A DNA stretch of 64,000 nt from Rhizomicrobium sp. (GTDB taxonomy: Bacteria; Pseudomonadota; Alphaproteobacteria; Micropepsales; Micropepsaceae): positions 157,205 to 221,204 of the forward strand of contig DATCAT010000014.1 of assembly GCA_036512455.1 (NCBI GenBank). Reading direction: 5' to 3'. The notes beneath the pieces are model-generated. The model worked only from the letters and a program-made list of their open reading frames with translations. It was not told where the DNA came from and ran no database searches. Positions 56,980 through 64,000 of the stretch are shown in pieces (the stretch's first letter is position 1; each line of letters begins with the position of its first letter). The position numbers and the translations under genes were made by a program.

Positions 56980-57122
56980 CGGATGGAATATCCATATAAT
57001 TCAACTAGTTAGAATGACATTTGGGAGCGACGGCACGGCACTGTCACGCATCCGGCGCTGGGTTTTCTTAAGTTCGATCCCCATATAGTGAGTTCAACCG
57101 GCACCAAAGGGACGTCTCAACG

Positions 57123-58901
57123 ATGATCGCATTTCTCCGCTGGCTGAAATCCATCGGCCTGGGCGTCCTCAACGGCATCGCCAAGACCGCCGCCTTTCTA
57201 ATCCTGGTTTTCATCGTCATCGTCGCGATCGGGGTCGTGCAGGGTGATGGGCTGCCGTCGAACATGGTGCTGGCGCTCGACCTGCGGGCTCCACTGCTGG
57301 ATTCGTCCAACGTCGATTTCAGTTTCGGGTCGTCACCCGTCACGGTGATGGACATCGTGCTGGCGCTCGACGCCGCCGAACGCGACCCGCGCGTCAAGGG
57401 CGCCGTGCTGCGCGTCGGCAGCGCCAATCTCTCCATCGCCCAGGCCGAGGAGATCGGGGCCGCGCTCAAGAAATTCGAAAAGTCCGGCAAGTTCGTTATC
57501 GCGCACAGCCAGGGCTTTCTCGCCGCCGGTCTGGGGGATTATCTGACGGTCGCGGACGCCAACGAGATCTGGATGCAGCCCAAGGCGCCGTTCACCGCGG
57601 CCGGCGAAGGCGGCGGCCAGATCTTCCTGCGCGGGCTGCTGGATAAGCTCCAGGCCGTTCCGCAGATCGTCAAGCGCGCCGACTACAAGAGCGCCGCCGA
57701 TCAGGTCATGGAAAAGAACATGACGCCGGCCGACCGCGAACAGCTGACGCGGCTTATGCAGTCCTGGTACGACGCGGCGACGACTAGCGCCGCCGCTTCG
57801 CGGCACCTGGCGCAGAGCAGCGTCGTGGCGGCGTTCGAAGCCAGCCCGCAACTCACCGAGAATGCGCGCGCCGCCGGCCTGATCGACAGAATCGGCTACG
57901 ACGACGACGCGCAAAATGCGGCCCTCGCCCGCGCCGGCGACGGCGCGAAGATGGTCGCTCTGGCTGAGTTCGCGCGCGTCCGCAAGCAGACGGGCGAATA
58001 TGGCGGCGGCACGCGCATCGCTCTGATCCAGGCGTCCGGCGAAATCCAGGACGGCGCCGCCGGCGGCGGCGGGCTGTTCGGCGGCGACAACGTCATCGGC
58101 GGCGATACGCTCTCCAAGGCCATCCGCGCCGCGGCGGCCGACAAGGATGTGAGGGCGATCATCCTTCGGGTCGACTCGCCCGGCGGCTCGGTGACCGCCT
58201 CCGACCAGATCCTCGACGCGGTGAAGAAGGCGCAAAGCGCCGGCAAGCCGGTGATCGTCAGCATGGGCGGCGTGGCGGCAAGCGGCGGCTATTACATCTC
58301 GCTTTCAGCCAACCGCATCGTCGCCGAACCGGGCACCATCACCGGCTCGATCGGCGTCTTGACCGGCAAGGTCTCGATCGACCGCAGCCTGGCGCTCGCC
58401 GGCGTCGGCACCGATACGGTGGGCGTGGGGCGCAATGCGCTCTACAATTCGGAATTCCAACCCTACACGCCGGACCAACTGGCGGCGCTCAACCGCGAGG
58501 CCGACGCGATCTATGCCGACTTCACGCAAAAGGTCGCCGGCGGCCGCAAGCTGCCGCTCGCCAAGGTGCAGGACATCGCCAAGGGCCGCGTCTGGTCCGG
58601 CGCCGACGCCCGCGGCAACGGCCTGGTCGACGAGCTCGGCGGCTTCTGGACCGCGGCGGACGTGGCGAAGAAACTCGCGGGCATCGCGCCGGACGAACGC
58701 GTCAGCTTCCGCCTCTATCCCCGGCAGAAGGGGCTGTTCGAGGCGCTGGGCGATCTCTTCGGCAACTCGTCGGCCGGCGTGCGCGCCGCGCAAGGTATCG
58801 TCACGCTGATGAACGCGCCGGCGGTTCGCGCCGTGGTCGGCGCCGTGAACGAATTGCCGCGCGGTGGCGTCGAACTGCGGGCCACGCAACTGCCGCGGTA
58901 G
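57123..58901 (+). CDS. sppA: Signal peptide peptidase SppA (long form)
   Basis: DYKSA, RVDSPGG, SMGGVAASGGYYIS, TITGSIGV, KGRVWSG. Confidence 0.93.
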   Translation: MIAFLRWLKSIGLGVLNGIAKTAAFLILVFIVIVAIGVVQGDGLPSNMVLALDLRAPLLDSSNVDFSFGSSPVTVMDIVLALDAAERDPRVKGAVLRVGSANLSIAQAEEIGAALKKFEKSGKFVIAHSQGFLAAGLGDYLTVADANEIWMQPKAPFTAAGEGGGQIFLRGLLDKLQAVPQIVKRADYKSAADQVMEKNMTPADREQLTRLMQSWYDAATTSAAASRHLAQSSVVAAFEASPQLTENARAAGLIDRIGYDDDAQNAALARAGDGAKMVALAEFARVRKQTGEYGGGTRIALIQASGEIQDGAAGGGGLFGGDNVIGGDTLSKAIRAAAADKDVRAIILRVDSPGGSVTASDQILDAVKKAQSAGKPVIVSMGGVAASGGYYISLSANRIVAEPGTITGSIGVLTGKVSIDRSLALAGVGTDTVGVGRNALYNSEFQPYTPDQLAALNREADAIYADFTQKVAGGRKLPLAKVQDIAKGRVWSGADARGNGLVDELGGFWTAADVAKKLAGIAPDERVSFRLYPRQKGLFEALGDLFGNSSAGVRAAQGIVTLMNAPAVRAVVGAVNELPRGGVELRATQLPR

Positions 58902-59094
58902 GGTGAGGGGCGGCATCGCGAATGGAACTCGCCGCCGAGTCGCGCGGACTCTCGGACGCGACAGGTGCATAATTGCCACACTGACCGGCTTGTCGATCTT
59001 TTTTTGCCGACAGGCGGGGATAAGAAAGCCTCTTGCACCGCAATAGGACGTACATCAAAATATGAATGAACTCTCAAACAGGGCTGATTGCGAC

Positions 59095-59406
59095 ATGCGT
59101 AACGTCAACTGGATGGTGGTGGCCGCTACGGCCTTATTCTTGTCAGCCGGATCGGCCTCGGCCGGGGATTCTTCGACCCTCACATCCACCGCGCCCGCCG
59201 CCACGGCGCCTGCGGCTACCAGCAACACGTCCGATCCCGCGGACGAGATCGTCTGCAAATCCATGGCGCCGCCGACCGGTTCGCGCCTCGGCAGCCGCCG
59301 CATCTGCCAGACGGGGCGGCAGTGGCAGGCTCAGGAACAGGCCGCGCGCGACGCCGTCCAGCATGAGCAGAACCGCGGCGCGCTGTTCTCGACGCCGGCC
59401 GGTTAA
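59095..59406 (+). CDS. Small secreted hypothetical protein with two Cys
   Basis: Signal peptide; DEIVCK...TGSRL...RIC pattern. Confidence 0.7.
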   Translation: MRNVNWMVVAATALFLSAGSASAGDSSTLTSTAPAATAPAATSNTSDPADEIVCKSMAPPTGSRLGSRRICQTGRQWQAQEQAARDAVQHEQNRGALFSTPAG

Positions 59407-59498
59407 CCCAGCCGCCGTTTGTATCGGAATTGCGCCGTATAGCCGCCCGTGGGCCGTCCTACGGCGTGCGATGCGGTTGCCGCTCTCGAACGGCGGTA

Positions 59499-60062
59499 TC
59501 AGGTCCCTTTGGTGTCGATGACGACCCGAAAGCGCCTCAGCTGATTGGACGCGGCGGCGAAACGCGGCTCAAGCCGCAGTGCCGTCTTGTAGTCCTCGAA
59601 CGCCGCGCCGACATTGCCCAGTTCCTCATTGGCGACGGCGCGATTGTAATAGGCGATTTCCATGCGGCCGGCGCCGAGCGTTATTGCCCGGTCGGCATCC
59701 TTCAACGCGTCGTCATAGCGTTTCAGGGTGATGAACACCGCGCTGCGGTTGAGATAGACTTCGCCGTCATTGCCGCCGAGCGCCAGCGCCGCGGCGTAGT
59801 CTTCGAGCGCGCCGTCCGTGTTCCGCGCCCGCGCCAGCAATATCGCCCGGTTGATCAGCGTCGAAGCCCGGTCGACATTGGTCAGCACTTCGTTGGTCAA
59901 CGCTTCGGTGCAGGCCACGATGCCCGCCTTGGCATTGCCGTCGAACCCGGCCGAGACATAACAGGAATGGGCGCCGCTGCTGCCCAGCACGGACACCGCC
60001 GACTGCGCCGGGAGGGCGGCCAGCACAGCAACCGCCATCGCCAAAATCGGAACGATTTTCAT
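59499..60062 (-). CDS. Secreted TPR protein
   Basis: Signal peptide MKIVPILAM; TPR helices (YLNRSAVF, YYNRAVANEELG..AFEDY). Confidence 0.8.
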   Translation of the reverse strand: MKIVPILAMAVAVLAALPAQSAVSVLGSSGAHSCYVSAGFDGNAKAGIVACTEALTNEVLTNVDRASTLINRAILLARARNTDGALEDYAAALALGGNDGEVYLNRSAVFITLKRYDDALKDADRAITLGAGRMEIAYYNRAVANEELGNVGAAFEDYKTALRLEPRFAAASNQLRRFRVVIDTKGT

Positions 60063-60212
60063 CGCCGGCCTCCCGCCTGTCTGGTCGCGATCATCGTTCC
60101 ACCACCTCTTGCCGGGGTCAATTTTGGCGCGCAGCGAAGCGGCCCCCGCGATTTGTTTCAAGGCCACCCTTTTGCTAGCCTCGCGCCGCAATTCGCTGGC
60201 GCGAACACCTTT

Positions 60213-60887
60213 ATGATATTGGAATTAAAGGATTTTCTTAACCCAACCGAAGTCACGCGGCTGACCGCGCTGAGTCGCGAGCTAAACTTCGTCAACGGCC
60301 GCATCTCCAATCCGGCCAACCTGTCCAAGGACAATCTGCAGGCCGACGCCGCCGATCCGCGCTCGGCCGAGTCGTCGAAAATCGTGGCCGACGCCTTCGT
60401 CCGCTGCCAACCGTTCCAGGAATTTGCCTTTCCCAACCGCGTCGCGCCGCCGCTGCTGTGCCGCTACGAGACGGGAATGAAATACGGCGCGCATGCCGAC
60501 GCGGCTCATCTCACGGTTGAGGGCAAGCTGATGCAGTCGGATCTGTCCGCCACCGTCTTCATCGCCGATCCCAATTCGTATCAGGGCGGCGAACTGGTCA
60601 TTCATCTGGGCACGCGCCCGGTGGTCCTGAAGGGCTATCCGGGAGAGATCGTGGTCTATCCCTCCACCATGTTGCACGAGGTCCGTCCGGTGCGCTCCGG
60701 AACGCGGCTTGTCTCCATCACCTTCATCGAGAGCCTCATTCCCGACGAATACCAGCGCACGCAGCTTTATGAACTCAACGAAATCGGCGTGCTCGAAGGC
60801 ATGAAAATGCAATGGCTCAACCGCGTGCGCCTCGAAACCGTGCGCCAGAATCTGACGCGCATGTGGTCGCGGCCGCGCAACGGTTGA
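60213..60887 (+). CDS. PKHD-type Fe(II)/2OG hydroxylase (PiuC-like)
   Basis: YGAHADAA (HxD), DLSATVF, YQGGEL, YPSTMLHEVRPV, TRLVSITF. Confidence 0.88.
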   Translation: MILELKDFLNPTEVTRLTALSRELNFVNGRISNPANLSKDNLQADAADPRSAESSKIVADAFVRCQPFQEFAFPNRVAPPLLCRYETGMKYGAHADAAHLTVEGKLMQSDLSATVFIADPNSYQGGELVIHLGTRPVVLKGYPGEIVVYPSTMLHEVRPVRSGTRLVSITFIESLIPDEYQRTQLYELNEIGVLEGMKMQWLNRVRLETVRQNLTRMWSRPRNG

Positions 60888-60919
60888 TGGCGGCGCAAGC
60901 GATCTGCGGCCCGAACGGG

Positions 60920-61939
60920 TTATAGAAGCGCGGCGACGCGCGCGTCTTTCGCGGCGATCCGCTCCAGGAACTTCAAGCCCTTGGCGATCTCACCGCCCTG
61001 TTCGGCGCGCGCCTGCGCCAGCAATTGCGCGCGCATCGCAGGGGAATAGGAATATTGCAGCGGTGCCTTCGAATAGCGCGTGAGCACCGCGCTGGCGCCG
61101 ATCGCCTCGGCGAAGCCGGGCGCTGCGCCGATTTCGAAATGCGCCAGAACCTGCGCCAGCGTGGCCGCCAAATTCGCCAGCAGCTGCTCGAAGTCGAGCG
61201 GCAGGACGCGCGGTCCGAAAGTCTCCAATGTGTGCGCTCGCATCAGGCTCTCGGCGAGCCAGCTCACGGCCGAAAGCTCGCCGATCGAGGCAGGGGCGGG
61301 AACGACGTCGCCCAGCATGCCGCGCAGTCGCCGTCTGCGTTCCAGCTCGAAGCCTCTGAGATCCATCGCAGCGTTGGCGCCGGCCAGCAACGTCGCAAGA
61401 TAAGGCTCGGGGCGCAGGTTGAGATAGACCGCCCGGGAAGAGGGGCTGGCCGCCAACAGACGCGGCGCCAGGCGGCCGGCGCTGCTCGTGGCCTTGAGCA
61501 CGATCGTCTCGGTTTGCGCAAAGCCGCGCTGCCACAAATTCACGAACGTCGCGAGCCGCGCCTCGAGCGGCTCGCTGCCGCCTGCGCCCAGCTGGTCCTG
61601 CATTTCGGCCAGCGTGCGCAGCGGCAGCGGTTCGCGCAATCCAAGCACGCCGCCGGCCTCGTCGATCAGGCGTGACAGCAGCGTGGAACCGACATGCCCG
61701 CTGTGAAAGATGAAGTGCAGCGGCTTGCCCGCGCCGGCGCCGCGCAGCGCCTGCTCGACGGCGGGGTAGGGCAGCCAGCTGCCCTGCAGGCCCGGCGCCA
61801 GCACCCGATCGTCCAGAAAGCTCGCGGCGCGATAGGCGGCTTCGTCCAGGCCGACAAAATAAACCGTATCGCGAACAGGGTCGAATTTCTGCGGGTAGAG
61901 GGTTGGCGCCGGCAGCAACTCGGCGAGAAGGTCGCGCAT
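60920..61939 (-). CDS. Sulfotransferase-like P-loop protein
   Basis: FIFHSGHVGSTLLSRL, LREPLPL, VLKATS; same motif layout as 35104-36324. Confidence 0.65.
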   Translation of the reverse strand: MRDLLAELLPAPTLYPQKFDPVRDTVYFVGLDEAAYRAASFLDDRVLAPGLQGSWLPYPAVEQALRGAGAGKPLHFIFHSGHVGSTLLSRLIDEAGGVLGLREPLPLRTLAEMQDQLGAGGSEPLEARLATFVNLWQRGFAQTETIVLKATSSAGRLAPRLLAASPSSRAVYLNLRPEPYLATLLAGANAAMDLRGFELERRRRLRGMLGDVVPAPASIGELSAVSWLAESLMRAHTLETFGPRVLPLDFEQLLANLAATLAQVLAHFEIGAAPGFAEAIGASAVLTRYSKAPLQYSYSPAMRAQLLAQARAEQGGEIAKGLKFLERIAAKDARVAALL

Positions 61940-62091
61940 GCGGGCAAAGTATCAGCGCGCCCCGGTCAAATAAAGCAGCCCGAACCGCCCGGCGGCGCGC
62001 GGGGAACGACCCTTGCCTTTCCGGAATCGGTACTGCTAGACGAGCGTGTCTCTTGAACGCCGTCAGCCTTGTTGGAGCGCCGGGACTACAC

Positions 62092-63663
62092 ATGAAAAAC
62101 TTGGAGACGTCCGTCGCCGAAGAACTCCGCAGCCTCGATGAAGCGTTGCGTGCCAACTCGACCGCCACGGTGGCAATGTCCGAGAGCTTCGTGCGGCGGC
62201 ACCCGGACAACATCGACGGCCTAATATTCCTCGGCCGCGCCTACCAGATGCGCGGCCAGTTCGGCCCGCTGATGGACGCCGCCAAGCAGATCGAGGCGCT
62301 CGATCCCAAGCATGGGCTTGGCCGGACCTTGATGATCGACGCGCTGTATCGCTCGGGCCAGATGGAGGCCGCGTTCCAGGCGGCCAGGACGCTGGAAAAC
62401 GAGAAAAAACTCGATGCGGATATCCTCTCGGAGGTCGCCGGGTTCTACCGCCAGACCAGTCGCTATGTGGATGCCGCGCGCTGTCTCGAACGGGTGCGGA
62501 TCCTGCAGCCGACGAATTTGCACGCGCTGCACGCGTTGGCGGCGTGCTACGCCGCGCTGGGCGATCTGGACAAGACCGAAAGCATGTTCAACGCCCTGTT
62601 GCGCCGGGCGCCGCACGAATACGAGGCCTATTACAATCGCTCCGCGCTGAGAAAGCAGAAACCCGAGAGCAACCACGTCGTGGACATCGAAGCGATCCTC
62701 AAGACGCCGCTCCAGACTTTTGGCGCCGAGTCCGTACTGTGCTACGCGCTCGCCAAGGAGCTGGAGGATCTCAAGGAATGGAGCCGCTCGTTTAGCTATC
62801 TGAAACGCGGTGCCGATTCGCAGCGCCGCGGCATCACCTACGACGTGCAGCTCGATCTAGACTATCTGCGGCTACACGAGCAGACCTTCGACGAAGCCTT
62901 CTTCCGCCAGCCGCGCCCCGGCTACCGCGCGCGGCGGCCGGTCTTCGTGCTCGGCATGCCGCGCAGCGGCACCACGCTGGTCGACCGCATTCTGTCCTCG
63001 CACAGCAAGGTCGGAAGCGTCGGCGAGTCGAGCGAATTCACGGTCGCGGTGTTGCGCCAGAGCAGCCGCACCGATCGCGGCGAGGTCTCGCTTGATCGCG
63101 CCCGCGATCTCGACTACGCGCATCTCGGCCGGGATTACTGCGCCGCGGTGGATGGGCTCCTGCCCGGAATCGAGCATGTGCTCGACAAGACGCCGCCGAA
63201 TTTCTACCACCTCGGCCAGATCGCCGTGGCACTGCCGGAGGCGCGGATCGTCCATCTGCGCCGCAATCCGGTGGCGAACTGCTATGCCATCTACAAGACG
63301 CTGTTTCGCGGCGGCTACGCCTATTCCTACAACCTCATCGAGCTGGGCCGGTTCTATCTGGGTTATCTCGAGCTGATGGCGCATTGGCGCCGCGTCCTGC
63401 CGGGCCGTTTCCTGGACGTCGACTACGAGGAATTGGTCAAGAACCAGGAAGAGATGACGCGGCGGATGATCGGATTTAGCGGCCTCGACTGGGAGGACGC
63501 CTGCCTGTCGTTCGAGAAGAACGACAGCCCGACCATGACGGCGAGCGTTTCGCAGGTGCGCCAGCCGATCTACGACAGTTCAGTCGACCAGTGGCGGAAC
63601 TATGAGAAGGAACTGGCCCCGCTGATCCGCCTGTTCGAGGACGCCGGCGTCAAGGTGGATTGA
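62092..63663 (+). CDS. TPR-repeat sulfotransferase
   Basis: N-terminal TPRs; VLGMPRSGTTLVDRIL, DKTPPNF, RRNPVANC, VDYEELV, TASVSQVRQPIY. Confidence 0.9.
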   Translation: MKNLETSVAEELRSLDEALRANSTATVAMSESFVRRHPDNIDGLIFLGRAYQMRGQFGPLMDAAKQIEALDPKHGLGRTLMIDALYRSGQMEAAFQAARTLENEKKLDADILSEVAGFYRQTSRYVDAARCLERVRILQPTNLHALHALAACYAALGDLDKTESMFNALLRRAPHEYEAYYNRSALRKQKPESNHVVDIEAILKTPLQTFGAESVLCYALAKELEDLKEWSRSFSYLKRGADSQRRGITYDVQLDLDYLRLHEQTFDEAFFRQPRPGYRARRPVFVLGMPRSGTTLVDRILSSHSKVGSVGESSEFTVAVLRQSSRTDRGEVSLDRARDLDYAHLGRDYCAAVDGLLPGIEHVLDKTPPNFYHLGQIAVALPEARIVHLRRNPVANCYAIYKTLFRGGYAYSYNLIELGRFYLGYLELMAHWRRVLPGRFLDVDYEELVKNQEEMTRRMIGFSGLDWEDACLSFEKNDSPTMTASVSQVRQPIYDSSVDQWRNYEKELAPLIRLFEDAGVKVD

Positions 63664-63756
63664 GCGCAATCGGATGAACCGTACTTCAGGTTCACCCGAT
63701 TGCACGGCAATCAAAGAATCCAGAGCATAAAAAGATCATGCTCTGAGCCTGTCGCA

Positions 63757-63999
63757 TCATTCGCCGTAGCCGAATTCGCGGATCCATGGCTCCAGGATGG
63801 GGAGGATCGCGGCCAGCTTGTTGGCATAGCTCCGCCAGCGGCCGTCGCCTTCGGCATAGAGCCCGCGGCGCACCTGGGACGCGCTTTGCGACGTGATCTC
63901 GCGGCTTGCGGCATGCGCCGCGAAGTCCCGCAATTGCTCGTTCCACTCGACGCCGATGAAGTCGCAAGCGCCCCGGACCTGGCCCTCGAAATCGGCGAC
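63757..63999 (-). CDS. C-terminus of another TPR-type sulfotransferase (5' part outside window; not in ORF track)
   Basis: Minus-strand translation VADFEGQVRGACDFIGVEW...ITSQSASQVRRGLY...GRWRSY...LEPWIREFGYGE*. Confidence 0.8.
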   Translation of the reverse strand, partial: VADFEGQVRGACDFIGVEWNEQLRDFAAHAASREITSQSASQVRRGLYAEGDGRWRSYANKLAAILPILEPWIREFGYGE

Positions 64000-64000
64000 C

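Noticed and set aside
63721-63745. Hairpin CAGAGCAT...ATGCTCTG as a REP/RIME-type repeat
   Set aside because: Only one copy is visible in the window; it may simply be a terminator between convergent genes.

Overview
A 64 kb window from a high-GC alphaproteobacterium. Taxonomy is inferred from gene content (CtrA boxes, ECF16/EcfG promoters, PuuD); it resembles Rhizomicrobium/Caulobacterales-like organisms. Blocks: (1) 1-23.4 kb: purine and nucleoside catabolism plus urease (xdhB, xdhC, puuD, allA, guaD; ureDABCEFG; adenine deaminase; amn, deoB, PNP; TonB receptor and S1/P1 nuclease). (2) Inserted between adenine deaminase and amn, a complete 4,094-bp IS1-family passenger-carrying element (11274-15367). 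It has 11-bp terminal inverted repeats, an 8-bp target duplication, an HTH gene with operator-like palindromes, and a tRNA-shaped RNA directly upstream of the transposase. (3) 23.5-36.3 kb: a lasso-peptide-like RiPP cluster (RRE, B2 protease, cyclase, 54-aa precursor with a predicted Lys1 core). It carries a kinase, three sulfotransferase-fold proteins and three 2OG oxygenases, and adjoins three tail-collar paralogs, a GNAT and DUF6916. (4) 36.4-40.9 kb: FadL, a PleC/DivJ-type kinase and a PilZ-like/PhcB-like methyltransferase, with CtrA-type boxes. (5) 41.5-51 kb: an oxidative/general stress region (ECF sigma-NrsF, msrA, egtBD, topoisomerase IB, msrB, csbD) with five recognisable ECF promoters. 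(6) 51-64 kb: heterodimeric ABC exporter, serine hydrolase, sppA and a second sulfotransferase/2OG oxygenase cluster. All family calls come from motif recognition by eye; no database searches were run.
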